Shown here one piece after another: positions 16,400 to 25,453 of a stretch of 29,342 nucleotides of DNA. Numbering within the stretch: the stretch's first letter is position 1; each line of letters opens with the position of its first letter. The notes beneath the pieces were generated by a model. It made no database searches. It saw only the letters and a list, made by a program, of their open reading frames with translations, and was not told the DNA's origin. Position numbers and translations under genes: made by a program. The DNA lies in IMG/VR virus record IMGVR_UViG_3300027412_000003, positions 1 through 29,342 of that record. One strand, written 5' to 3'. This stretch comes from a virus. Lineage: Duplodnaviria; Caudoviricetes.

Positions 16400-16912
16400 T
16401 TATGCCAGACCGATGGCTTGACGTTGTGCTTGCAGCACGTCCACGCCGTTGACGATCTCGATCATGTTGAGCAGATCGATCTCGATCAGGACTTTGTTGT
16501 CAACGGAGAGCTTGTAGTAGCTCAGCGCCGATTTGACGGTGAGCTTGCCTTTATCGCCAGCCTTGGCATCGCCCATGTCGATTTCCTGATGGCGACCACG
16601 CACGACGATTTCGATGGCTTGCGTCTGTGCCGTGTCGTCACGCTGGTAAGCGCCGGCAAAGCGCAGCAGCACGCCGTCGGCCTTGGTGGTGCCGTACTGG
16701 GTGAATACCTGCTCCATAAAGCCGCCGCAGGTGAATTCGAGTTCCAGCTTTTCCTGCCCGAGATCAATGCCGACCGGACCGTTCATGCCGCCGCCACGGA
16801 AGTCTTCCAGTTTGCGAGCGAGCTTGGGTAGTTTGATGTCTTCGGCTACGCCCATGTAGCTTTTGGCGTCATTGAAGAGGTTGAAGTTCTTGAGGACTGA
16901 TGGCAGTGCCAT
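16400..16912 (-). CDS. FII: Major tail tube protein
   Basis: MALPSVLKNFNLF...LPKLARKLEDFRGGGMNG...LRFAGAYQRDD. Confidence 0.96.
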   Translation of the reverse strand: MALPSVLKNFNLFNDAKSYMGVAEDIKLPKLARKLEDFRGGGMNGPVGIDLGQEKLELEFTCGGFMEQVFTQYGTTKADGVLLRFAGAYQRDDTAQTQAIEIVVRGRHQEIDMGDAKAGDKGKLTVKSALSYYKLSVDNKVLIEIDLLNMIEIVNGVDVLQAQRQAIGLA

Positions 16913-16966
16913 GATGTTTTCCTTTTCTCAAATGAATGAGAGGCGATCCGTAAATCGCCCCTGTGT

Positions 16967-18139
16967 TTATGCGCCGATCGCGGCAGCGAAATCAACCAGG
17001 TAACGGTCGGTGATGCGCTGACGGAACATGAGGTTCTCCAGCGGTGGCACCGGCGTGTAGTCGTAGTCGATGTACAGCTTGCCGGATTTCAGCGTGACCG
17101 CATCGTTGACGTCCGGGTCATACCAGGCACTGCCGTCAATGATGTAGCCCAGACTCTTCAGCGCACGGAATTTGGCGTTTACACCCTCGATGATGTCGCG
17201 CGCCAGTGATGGGTTGAGCGGTGCGTCCACTGCCCAGAAGTGCGCCTCGGCTATGGTGTCCATCAGCACTTGTGCAGTGCGGGTGTAGTTCTCGAACGCG
17301 AACAGCGGATCGGCGGAACAGGTGCGCGAACCCCAGAAGCGGAAGCCTTCATGACGGATCAAGGTGGTGACCTCAAGCGCGTTGAGGTAGCCCGCATCGG
17401 TGGCGGGGTCTTGCAAGTCCCAGAACACGTCGTTGTTGATGCCAGTGACGCCATTGACCGGGATGTTGGAGAGTGTCTTGTGCCAGCCTATCTCTTCGTC
17501 CAGCTTGGCTCGCAGGCCGATGGCGCGGGCGGTGGCATAGGCGGTAGCGGTGGTGCTGATAGCGGTATCCCATGAGAGGAAATCCGGCCAGATGACCATG
17601 ACTTCGCGCGCGCCGAAGTTGACGCGATAAAGCGCGGCATCTTCCTTGGTCGCACAAGCCCAGGCTGAGACGTAAGCAAAGGCGCGCAGTTTCTGGGCGA
17701 TGCTCACCAGTGCAGTGGCGACTTCCAGTGTGTCCAGTCCAGGACAGGCCAGAATGCGCGGCTTGACGTTGAGCTTGGCTTGCGCCACCAGCAGCGCCTG
17801 CATGCCGGTGTATTGGCCTGACGGGAGCACGGTGCCGATGACGTTGCTATTGGTTGCCGCATCATCGATACCCTCGGCGACACGCACCACGACGACCAGC
17901 GCATTGGTTTGATCGGCGATGGCTTGCAGTGATTTGGATAACGTGCCTTGCACGCCTGCCTTAGCGATACCTGCCAGCACAGAAGTGAGCAGTACAGGTG
18001 TGTCGATCGGGAAGGCGACAGCATCGGCATCAGTTGCGTGTGCAACGAGGCCTATGATGGCGGTGGCGATGGTGCGAATAGGTCGGGTGCCGGTGTTGAT
18101 TTCAACGACCCGGACACCGTGGTGGTAATCGGTTGGCAT
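16967..18139 (-). CDS. FI: Tail sheath protein
   Basis: [42 protein letters not shown]. Confidence 0.97.
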   Translation of the reverse strand: MPTDYHHGVRVVEINTGTRPIRTIATAIIGLVAHATDADAVAFPIDTPVLLTSVLAGIAKAGVQGTLSKSLQAIADQTNALVVVVRVAEGIDDAATNSNVIGTVLPSGQYTGMQALLVAQAKLNVKPRILACPGLDTLEVATALVSIAQKLRAFAYVSAWACATKEDAALYRVNFGAREVMVIWPDFLSWDTAISTTATAYATARAIGLRAKLDEEIGWHKTLSNIPVNGVTGINNDVFWDLQDPATDAGYLNALEVTTLIRHEGFRFWGSRTCSADPLFAFENYTRTAQVLMDTIAEAHFWAVDAPLNPSLARDIIEGVNAKFRALKSLGYIIDGSAWYDPDVNDAVTLKSGKLYIDYDYTPVPPLENLMFRQRITDRYLVDFAAAIGA

Positions 18140-18190
18140 CTGTATCTCCTGAAGGATGGTTACAACAGTGCCAAGTCTGCCCTTTACCGC

Positions 18191-18234
18191 TTTTTATGGC
18201 TGGCTGCGCGTGTTGTGATGTAACGAATCACAAC
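18191..18234 (-). promoter_or_regulatory. Late promoter PF with an Ogr-binding site
   Basis: TGTTGTGAT-N7-ATCACAAC (TGT-N13-ACA) upstream of FI. 34/44 identical to 21970-22013. Confidence 0.85.
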
Positions 18235-18266
18235 CTGCGCGGGTGGTCAATTGCAGCGCAGGTACA

Positions 18267-18908
18267 TCACCACACCACCGCTTGCACATCGGCTACGGTC
18301 GCCGCTGCGCGCACCTGGTCTTTAAGTGTTTGCAACCTGACGAATGCGGCCTGCCCTTGTATCAGCATCGCGCCTGCCAGTCCTTTGAGTTGAGCAAAAG
18401 TCATCGGCACTTGTGTATTGCCCTCATCCATCCAGAAGAAACCTGCCGGCACGGATCCGGCGACCAGTGTCTTAGTCAATACAAGCTGGCTGGACTCATC
18501 GGCCTGAAAAGTAGTGGACAGGTAGGCTACTGGCATCTGTATGGCGGCTGAATATGCGGTAGTGAGTGCGGCGATCCGAGCAGATTGCGCCTCAGCCATT
18601 AATAGCGGCGCAGGTTTTACGGTCGCATATCCGGAAGGCGCAGCTCCGAGCGCATCAATAACTAACGTCTCACCTGAAACTTGATCGTAAAACGTCTGCC
18701 CGCGTAAATCTGGCATGACCGCCCATTTATTTGCTACCGCATCAAACACTGCGACAGCATCAACCTGTATCGCTGGTGGATTTTTAAATGTTGATGCCTC
18801 TGGCGCGTGAAATACACCCTGCTCAAGTGGTGATTCGTGAGCCTCATACTGACTTAACAGCTCGCCTGTCATCGGGTCGTACAAGTATGCGATTTTAGTT
18901 TTCATCAT
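18267..18908 (-). CDS. Tail fibre assembly chaperone (Tfa-like N-terminus, DUF4376-like C-terminus)
   Basis: YLYDPMTGE...P..ST...PP...W...PDLRG followed by FQADESSQ...FFWMDEGNTQVPMT. Follows the fibre gene. Confidence 0.8.
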   Translation of the reverse strand: MMKTKIAYLYDPMTGELLSQYEAHESPLEQGVFHAPEASTFKNPPAIQVDAVAVFDAVANKWAVMPDLRGQTFYDQVSGETLVIDALGAAPSGYATVKPAPLLMAEAQSARIAALTTAYSAAIQMPVAYLSTTFQADESSQLVLTKTLVAGSVPAGFFWMDEGNTQVPMTFAQLKGLAGAMLIQGQAAFVRLQTLKDQVRAAATVADVQAVVW

Positions 18909-18914
18909 TTCCTC

Positions 18915-19604
18915 TTAAATATATTGAACGCATTTCAGGACGCGTACACCGGCGGCTAGGTTGGCAGCTCCCCCCTGAATAGATACGTTAGGGCCTGCGT
19001 CAAACCCCAGCGGGATCAGGACCTGTGGATATATTGCCGCCGTATTTCCATTTATAACACCAGTAAAATTAGCGGCATGGGTATGTGCAAGATTCTCACC
19101 AACTGTTGATGTTCCCACATTTCCATTTGCCTGCACCGACGCGTAATTAGCCGGGAACCAAGGTATCCCAAATGTTGTTGCGCCATCGCCAGCACCCCAT
19201 GGATAACCTTGCGAGGCATAAAGAGCATGCAGGGCAGGGTATGCCACTCTTGAGACGTTCGTTGCAGCGATGGGGGCTACGAGCGCACCGGCTGGCGCAG
19301 TGGTTCCTGAATGCTCGAACAGGTCTCCCACCTTTCGCGTACCACCCAGACTTGCGAGCGCATTGGCGATCGCTATATCCAACTCCGCCTGTGTTGAATA
19401 CTGCGGATGCGGGTCAACTGTTAATTCATGCGCAGCGATGCTTCCTGCTCCAGACTCGATCTGCGCCTTCAGCCAGGCGGTGCGGTTGGCGAGTTGCTTG
19501 GCTTGCAGGTTGTCTATCCCGTCATGTCCTCCCATCACCGGATCGTTCGTTTCAAGCTGATAAATCTCAGCCTCATAGTTTGGGTTTTCTACTATCGCTA
19601 CCAT
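18915..19604 (-). CDS. Short tail fibre protein (gpH position)
   Basis: IYQLETNDPVMGG...NLQAKQLANRTAWLK N-terminus, DPHPQY motif, collar-like GAGDGATTFGIP and AHTH. Confidence 0.85.
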   Translation of the reverse strand: MVAIVENPNYEAEIYQLETNDPVMGGHDGIDNLQAKQLANRTAWLKAQIESGAGSIAAHELTVDPHPQYSTQAELDIAIANALASLGGTRKVGDLFEHSGTTAPAGALVAPIAATNVSRVAYPALHALYASQGYPWGAGDGATTFGIPWFPANYASVQANGNVGTSTVGENLAHTHAANFTGVINGNTAAIYPQVLIPLGFDAGPNVSIQGGAANLAAGVRVLKCVQYI

Positions 19605-19618
19605 GATTTTATTCCTCG

Positions 19619-20176
19619 CTAGTTGATGATGCCGCGTGTGTATTGACCATCGCGGGTGGTGTAGCCGTTATGTCTCAATGCCACACGGCTGTAGTCAAGC
19701 GCTACTAGGTGACAGCAATTGCGCGTGACTGTTGCCAGCATTGCGGTGATGGTGGCTGCTTGGTCGAGCGTGATCGGGCGTTGCAGGATGATGCGATAGG
19801 TCGCCCACTGTGAGGGGCCGCCACGTCTGCGATATCCGTTGCGGGTGGCTGTGCCGTTATGGCTGACGCAGTCGGCGCGCTCGATCAGCAGGGCATCAGG
19901 TTGTCCACGCACGGCCAGTGCGGATTTAATGGCATACGGCGTGCCTTTGCGACGATGCATATCTGCCGAGGATTCGATCGCTGCACGCTTTTGCTGTTCT
20001 GGCCACTGGTAATCCCAGTCCTCGATCGAGGATGACCACGCCAGCATCGGCAGCAGGTTGGCAGGGCAGGTGCGAGCATTCCACAAGGTTGGTATAGATG
20101 CTGCCGGCGAAAATCGCATCTGCGTTTTTTCAATTGCGCGCTCCAGTTGCGTGGTATTGGGTGGCAGCAGGCTCAT
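19619..20176 (-). CDS. I: Tail protein gpI
   Basis: SLLPPNTTQLERA...LWNARTCPANLLPMLAW...HRRKGT. Start placed at ATG 20176. Confidence 0.9.
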   Translation of the reverse strand: MSLLPPNTTQLERAIEKTQMRFSPAASIPTLWNARTCPANLLPMLAWSSSIEDWDYQWPEQQKRAAIESSADMHRRKGTPYAIKSALAVRGQPDALLIERADCVSHNGTATRNGYRRRGGPSQWATYRIILQRPITLDQAATITAMLATVTRNCCHLVALDYSRVALRHNGYTTRDGQYTRGIIN

Positions 20177-21081
20177 CACACAACTCCGGCAATGCGAACT
20201 GTGATGCCGGTGCACCACGCGGCTTGATGACTGGCTACAGCAAGATCTGCTACGAGGTTGAGCACGACACGCTGCACACCAGTGCGAAAGGCGGCGGCAT
20301 AGACCGCAGAGATGGTGATGTCTTCACCCAGCTTGTGATGAGATGCGGCGAACTGAGCTAGTGCGGTCAGCGCATCGGTCAGCGCGACTTCACTTGCGGG
20401 ACCGAGATAGACATACAGGTCGGCGACTATCTCGTAGTTGAGTATCTCGGCGGCCTGTACTATCACCTCTTCGCTGAGTGGACGGATGGTGTCGGTGTTG
20501 AGCCGGGCAGTGACCAGATCAAGCACAGGTTGCGCAGGAATCCCCTGGCCCTCACTGGAAAGCACAGTGACAACAGTCGTGCCAGGCACAGGGCTTGTGA
20601 CACTTATGTCTTTGACCAGGCCGCTCGCAGAGCGTGCGTGGAACGCATAGGCTTCGGTCGGGCCTGCCGTGGAAAAACTCTCCGACTTCATCTGCAAGCG
20701 GATGCGGTATGCATCGTCCGATTCGTAAACGGTGAGGACAGGCGGGTTGGCAGCCAGATCACCCGGCGTGACGATCAGGCGCAGCTCTTGGTAGTAGGTC
20801 GCTCCGATGTGATCGAGATCCGCGCCTTTGGCATACGCCAGTAGCAGGGCGCGGGCTTCGTCGTTGTAACGGGCGCGCAGCACTGTCTCGCGGTAGGCGG
20901 CGTTCTGTATCAGCTTGAGCAGCGGCTCTGATTCCAGTGCCAGTGCGGCAGCGATGGCGGCTTGCTGCTCAATAGGATAGAGCGCGATCAGATAGGCTTT
21001 ATGTTCGGCGAGGATCGCTTCAAAATCCAGCGTTTCGATAATGTCCGGAGCGTTGAGTTGGCTGAGGTCTATGGCGGTCAT
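20176..21081 (-). CDS. J: Baseplate protein gpJ
   Basis: IDLSQLNAPDIIETLDFE...LESEP...STAGPTEAYAFHA. Confidence 0.95.
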   Translation of the reverse strand: MTAIDLSQLNAPDIIETLDFEAILAEHKAYLIALYPIEQQAAIAAALALESEPLLKLIQNAAYRETVLRARYNDEARALLLAYAKGADLDHIGATYYQELRLIVTPGDLAANPPVLTVYESDDAYRIRLQMKSESFSTAGPTEAYAFHARSASGLVKDISVTSPVPGTTVVTVLSSEGQGIPAQPVLDLVTARLNTDTIRPLSEEVIVQAAEILNYEIVADLYVYLGPASEVALTDALTALAQFAASHHKLGEDITISAVYAAAFRTGVQRVVLNLVADLAVASHQAAWCTGITVRIAGVV

Positions 21082-21425
21082 ACGGGCACCTTGAAGCTGA
21101 ATGAGCGATCTGATCGAGGGCCGTCACGGCGGATGCCTTCCATGTCGAAAACAGCTTTCCCTGTCATATCAATGAAGAACTGTACTTTGGTAATCATTAC
21201 GCGCGGTTCCCAGCGAATAACGGCCATCACAGTGGCTGACATCAGGCGCAGTTGTGTTGCAGGGTTGGTCGGCTGGTCTATCAATTCAGGCACGATGGAA
21301 CCGTAGGTGCGGCGCATGGTGCGCGTGCCGATGCGAGTGGTGAGGATGTCACGGATGGACTGCTGGATGTGCGATAGGTCGCCCAGCGATCTCCCGGTGG
21401 TTGCATTCATGCCTGTGGTGTTCAT
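21078..21425 (-). CDS. W: Baseplate protein gpW (gp25-like)
   Basis: HIQQSIRDILTTRIGTRTMRRTYGS...RWEPR. Confidence 0.95.
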   Translation of the reverse strand: MNTTGMNATTGRSLGDLSHIQQSIRDILTTRIGTRTMRRTYGSIVPELIDQPTNPATQLRLMSATVMAVIRWEPRVMITKVQFFIDMTGKAVFDMEGIRRDGPRSDRSFSFKVPV

Positions 21426-21946
21426 TGTGGCACTCCTACTGTTCCGCCTTGCGGATCAGAATGGATATGATCAAGGAAGCTGATGCCGCCGATGATGGCG
21501 TCACCATCTATGGTGAGTGTGCCGGTGGCGTGTACCGCCGGGCAATCTACTGTGACCTGCGTGGCAGCCTGTATATGCGCAGTCTGGATGCCGCTGGCTA
21601 CCAGTGCGCCGGTGGTGTGGTTGTAGGCGAGATGCGCGCCATCCGGGTAGTCGGTGATGTGTTCATCGGGGCTGTTGCTGGACGAATGATGCGCGGCTGA
21701 TTCGATGCCTGTGAGGATGATGCCACCCGCGAGTTCGCCGCTGGGTGATAGCACCAACACCTGTTCGCCGATGCTGGGCGGGTTCCAGGTGCGTGTACTG
21801 CCGGCACGCAAGGTGAGCCACGGTAACCAGTTACTGAGCAGCTTGCCGGTGCGCACGCGGCAGCATTTTGCGCTCAGGTCGATTTCTTCAATCGTGCCGA
21901 GGCGAATCAGGTTTTCAATTAATCGAGAGAGGGCGGCGATATTCAT
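21422..21946 (-). CDS. V: Baseplate spike gpV
   Basis: RLIENLIRLGTI...WLPW...RAG...WNPPSIGEQV and a C-terminal HxH motif. Confidence 0.95.
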   Translation of the reverse strand: MNIAALSRLIENLIRLGTIEEIDLSAKCCRVRTGKLLSNWLPWLTLRAGSTRTWNPPSIGEQVLVLSPSGELAGGIILTGIESAAHHSSSNSPDEHITDYPDGAHLAYNHTTGALVASGIQTAHIQAATQVTVDCPAVHATGTLTIDGDAIIGGISFLDHIHSDPQGGTVGVPQ

Positions 21947-21969
21947 TGTGCGAATATGCCGTGTGCAGT

Positions 21970-22013
21970 TTTTTATGGCTTGCTTCGCGTGTTGTGATTA
22001 GCTACTTCACAAC
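21970..22013 (-). promoter_or_regulatory. Late promoter PV with an Ogr-binding site
   Basis: TGTTGTGAT-N8-TCACAAC upstream of V. Second copy of the 18191-18234 element. Confidence 0.85.
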
Positions 22014-22466
22014 TCAGCGCGCTAGGTGATTGAGTACCAGTTCCTCTACCAGCGAGACATCTGCGGAGGTGATGCCGAGCAGCTCACGGGCAGTGTAGTC
22101 GACTTCGATATTGCGACGGCGGTTGACCTTGTCGCGTAGGCCGAACTGGTGCACCTGGGCGATGCGTTGTACTTGCCCTGCAAAAGTAATGACCGCCTCA
22201 TTTGAATTGGTCTGCATCTTGAGGAATCGAGAGGTGCGTAACTTGGCGAACATGCCACGGCGGATGCCGCCTTTCTTGCCGCGAAAGGTCTGCGGTTTAC
22301 GGGCGGCGAACGGGCTGTCATCCGGGTTGCGTTGTGAGGCGATGCGTTTGGCTTGGTTGGCACGGATGCCGGTAGCGATCTGGCGTGCTAGTTTGCGACG
22401 TTCATCTGGTTGCAGGCTGGATATCAGCCCGGCGCAGTAGGCATCGAGCGGGGCGAGGTCGCTCAT
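22014..22466 (-). CDS. S: Tail completion / virion morphogenesis protein gpS
   Basis: RIASQRNPDDSPFAARK...MFAKLR...IAQVHQFG...RELLG. Start placed at ATG 22466. Confidence 0.93.
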   Translation of the reverse strand: MSDLAPLDAYCAGLISSLQPDERRKLARQIATGIRANQAKRIASQRNPDDSPFAARKPQTFRGKKGGIRRGMFAKLRTSRFLKMQTNSNEAVITFAGQVQRIAQVHQFGLRDKVNRRRNIEVDYTARELLGITSADVSLVEELVLNHLAR

Positions 22467-22927
22467 GGCTGGTTGATGTTCGCGCCAGCAACCAGCAGAC
22501 CCCATCCGGTCGGGCCATCCAGATCAGGCAGGGCGGGTTCATCTGGCTGCGTGGCTGTATAGCTGCCGGTCGGGCTGATGGTGACTATCACGCGCTCGGT
22601 CAGGTCGATCAGGATGGATAGATCAACCGTGTCCTGGTCAAGTATCTCGACCTCGATGCGGATGGTGTTTTCCTGCTTGTCAGGATTTTGCAGGATGTCC
22701 GGCTGGTTAATCTGTACCCATGCCAGCAAGGGGATGATCAGATCGTTGGCATCGGCAGTGAAATCGGTGGCGATCAGGTTGAGGGTGTAGCGATACTCGA
22801 ACGAGAGGCCGCCGAATCGGCTGACGATATTGCCTTTCTCGACGAATAGGTGCAGGTTCTGCGGGTCAGACTTCATGCTCGGGATGCATGCTTCCAGGTG
22901 ACGGCGTAGGGAGTCGGGTTTTTTCAT
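22463..22927 (-). CDS. R: Tail completion protein gpR
   Basis: MKKPDSLR...LSFEYRYTLNL...LTERVIV. Confidence 0.93.
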   Translation of the reverse strand: MKKPDSLRRHLEACIPSMKSDPQNLHLFVEKGNIVSRFGGLSFEYRYTLNLIATDFTADANDLIIPLLAWVQINQPDILQNPDKQENTIRIEVEILDQDTVDLSILIDLTERVIVTISPTGSYTATQPDEPALPDLDGPTGWGLLVAGANINQP

Positions 22928-22929
22928 GG

Positions 22930-23274
22930 TTAGTTATCCTTGCTTTGCTCAATGCGGATGACGATACCGAGCCGCCTTTTAATTAACGTCAGAATAAAAT
23001 CCATCATGGTGGCGCCACCAATACCGGCCAGCAGCGACAGTCCTATCAGGTATGGCAGGTTGTCTGCAAACATCTTGTAGCCCATCAGCGCAATGATTGT
23101 GCCAATAATGCCTGAGTTGAGCATTGCGGCGATCACCAGACGCGTCGTTAGAGGGATGCCTGAGCGCAGTTGGCTCGCCAGCCCGGCGAACGACGCACCA
23201 AAGAAGGCCATCATCCCAATCAGCCATGGTTCGTTTGCCGCGCCTCTTAATACATCAAAAATACGTTCCGGCAT
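22930..23274 (-). CDS. Putative holin or antiholin (3 TM, LydA-like)
   Basis: Three hydrophobic helices, a basic C-terminal tail, LAGIGGA motif, inside the lysis cassette. Confidence 0.7.
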   Translation of the reverse strand: MPERIFDVLRGAANEPWLIGMMAFFGASFAGLASQLRSGIPLTTRLVIAAMLNSGIIGTIIALMGYKMFADNLPYLIGLSLLAGIGGATMMDFILTLIKRRLGIVIRIEQSKDN

Positions 23275-23786
23275 TATTGCGTACTCCTGTCACTGAGAAT
23301 CACGGCCTGACATGCGGTGAGCTGGCGCGCTACTTCGTCGGCTTCTCCACTGAGATTGAGAAGAAATTCACCAGCCTCTTCTGAAAGTTCGCCTCCACCT
23401 CCATCATCACGTCCGCTGGTGGAGGTGGTAGTTGCGCCGCCCTGACTTCCAGCGGGATGTGCGCTGCGGGTACCGGGGTCGCGCAAGCTGAAAGCGCCAG
23501 CGCGATAGCTGGCAATAAGAGCAGCCGTTTTACGTTTCGCATTTTGTCTCTCCCTCTCTAAAATTTTGGTAATGTCAGCCTGATTCTGCGCATAGATACG
23601 TTCTTTGCGGCGCGCCTCATCGTTCAATTCTGTGATCTTCACGTTCGCCGCTTTCAAAACCTGGTTGTCCGCTGCCGTCCTCTCGGCCCGCACCTGCGTC
23701 TGGCCTGTCTCGTTCTGCCATGCGCCCACCGCCACCAGGCTGGCGATCCACAGCAACACCACGCCCACTATCGCCTGGGGATTCAT
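23274..23786 (-). CDS. i-spanin (Rz-like)
   Basis: N-terminal TM, coiled-coil, and GEADEVARQLTACQ. ATGA-coupled to the endolysin. Confidence 0.85.
   Translation of the reverse strand: MNPQAIVGVVLLWIASLVAVGAWQNETGQTQVRAERTAADNQVLKAANVKITELNDEARRKERIYAQNQADITKILERERQNAKRKTAALIASYRAGAFSLRDPGTRSAHPAGSQGGATTTSTSGRDDGGGGELSEEAGEFLLNLSGEADEVARQLTACQAVILSDRSTQ
23330..23542 (-). CDS. o-spanin lipoprotein (Rz1-like), embedded in Rz
   Basis: MRNVKRLLLLPAIALALSA-C lipobox, Pro-rich (LPPPP), with a GAGGGAGA purine-rich RBS upstream. Confidence 0.85.
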   Translation of the reverse strand: MRNVKRLLLLPAIALALSACATPVPAAHIPLEVRAAQLPPPPADVMMEVEANFQKRLVNFFSISVEKPTK

Positions 23787-24736
23787 ATCATCTCCCACTG
23801 TTCCCGGTATTTTTCAGGGCGTATCAGCACGGCATAGCGCACGTGTTCACGGTTGATGTCGCATGCATTGCGATTACCATATAAAACCCGGCGTGATTTT
23901 AAACAGTGGTTTTCTACGTGCCCGAACCAACGCCCGGCATCGCATCCTGCCGACATCGCGCAGGCGCGCCGTTCTTTTTGAACGCCCGACACGCCGCCGT
24001 TATATCCGGCATCACCAAACGCCAGCATCGCCGGGGCAGCGCGGAAAGAGCGCGCAGCATCGCGGCTCATTAGCACAATGGCGCGCAGTTGCAATTCAGG
24101 GCGCTCGTAAACGTTATCCCACGACCATCCGGCGAGTTCAGATCGGTATTGATTGCGCAGCCCAGACAGTGAATCGAAGCGCAGCGCGCCGTTCGCCCTG
24201 TAGGCGCGGGTGATCTGCCCCATGCCAGCACCTTCTTCTCTGCTTGTCTTGAGTTTTGCCGCTGGATTCCAGCAGCCGCGTGACTTGAGAGTGATGCAGG
24301 ATTCCTGTTCGACTAGCCCGGCCAATAGCACTGCATCAGGGTGGTCTGGCCAGTAGTGCATCTGTTCTGCTTTGAGCGTTGGGCCATATTTTATAAACCC
24401 AGCAGGCAACCATGACGGATCAGCGGCGGCCTGGGCACGTGGTGCGAATACCATCAGCAGCCCGCAAAATACCAGAGCCAGCGCGACCAAAGCCAGCCCT
24501 GCACCGGTTGAACCTTCGGCAGATTTGATGAGCAAGTTACGCTTGTCAGCTGATGGATAATCGAAGATCGCTTTGTGCGCCCAAAAAGCAGCCGCCACTG
24601 CCCATACACCCTGCACTAGAGACAGGCCGCCCAGCATGGTCGCGAAGCCGTGATCTGGGTCAGACCATAGTGATGCGGCAAAAGCCACCAGCGCGCCGCC
24701 GAACAGAAACAACGAACGATGTCGAAGGTATTTCAT
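23783..24736 (-). CDS. Endolysin (SLT lytic transglycosylase-like) with an N-terminal multi-TM domain
   Basis: LVEQES catalytic Glu, GMGQI and AGYNGG SLT motifs. The first ~100 aa hold three hydrophobic segments. Confidence 0.85.
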   Translation of the reverse strand: MKYLRHRSLFLFGGALVAFAASLWSDPDHGFATMLGGLSLVQGVWAVAAAFWAHKAIFDYPSADKRNLLIKSAEGSTGAGLALVALALVFCGLLMVFAPRAQAAADPSWLPAGFIKYGPTLKAEQMHYWPDHPDAVLLAGLVEQESCITLKSRGCWNPAAKLKTSREEGAGMGQITRAYRANGALRFDSLSGLRNQYRSELAGWSWDNVYERPELQLRAIVLMSRDAARSFRAAPAMLAFGDAGYNGGVSGVQKERRACAMSAGCDAGRWFGHVENHCLKSRRVLYGNRNACDINREHVRYAVLIRPEKYREQWEMI

Positions 24737-24738
24737 GA

Positions 24739-24945
24739 TCACTCCCAAAGTTGAATAAGTGGTTTCTCGTTTATCGCTTGTGCCTGGTCAGGAAGGTCGA
24801 CTTGCGTCCCTATCGGCAAAACTGCGCCGAGTGCTGCCAATCCAGTGTTCAGTTCCATTACCTGTTCAGTGACGGCGGCGGTACTGCCCAGATGACGCTG
24901 GCAGAGCGCGTCAATTGTGTCTCCCTGCATCGCGGTGACGATCAT
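24739..24945 (-). CDS. X: Tail protein gpX (LysM-like)
   Basis: QGDTIDALCQRHLG...N.GLA...LP.G...IQLW. Confidence 0.95.
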   Translation of the reverse strand: MIVTAMQGDTIDALCQRHLGSTAAVTEQVMELNTGLAALGAVLPIGTQVDLPDQAQAINEKPLIQLWE

Positions 24946-25427
24946 CAGATCAGCTCCACGACGCTGCGACCTATGCCGAGAATGTCGCTAATCGCCCAGC
25001 GCGCATCCCGGCGCAGATCATCAATCGGGTTTTCCAACTGGTCGGCTTTTTTATTGCCGGCGGCGGTGGTGTCAAAGTCGCGGTAGCGCTCGATCAGTGA
25101 GGCTTTGGCAATACAGCCGACTGCGCGGCAGTAGCGGTGGACGTTGATTGAGGTATCGTCTATCTCTTCTGCGGGGACCTCTTCCAGAGCGTCGTGACCC
25201 GCTGCTATCTGTGTGATACGCCAGTTTGCAAGCTTCGAATTTACTGTGGCGATCGCTTCTATAAGCACGTCGCGCAGCCGTTCGCTGGTGACAGTGCTGT
25301 CTATCTTTTGTGTGGCGCGCACTTTTGCCGGATCAATGGCTGGCCAGAATGATCCGCTCCAGAATTGACCGTTGTTGATGGGCAATTCAGCTTCTGTTGA
25401 TTCGGTGGCTTTTGTAATGAAAGGCAT
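24945..25427 (-). CDS. L: Head completion/stabilisation protein gpL
   Basis: FWPAID...VTSERL...YRDFDTT...DLRRDARWAISDILG...VELI. Confidence 0.95.
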   Translation of the reverse strand: MPFITKATESTEAELPINNGQFWSGSFWPAIDPAKVRATQKIDSTVTSERLRDVLIEAIATVNSKLANWRITQIAAGHDALEEVPAEEIDDTSINVHRYCRAVGCIAKASLIERYRDFDTTAAGNKKADQLENPIDDLRRDARWAISDILGIGRSVVELI

Positions 25428-25453
25428 GATTAAGCTCTTTTCAAAAGTACGTT

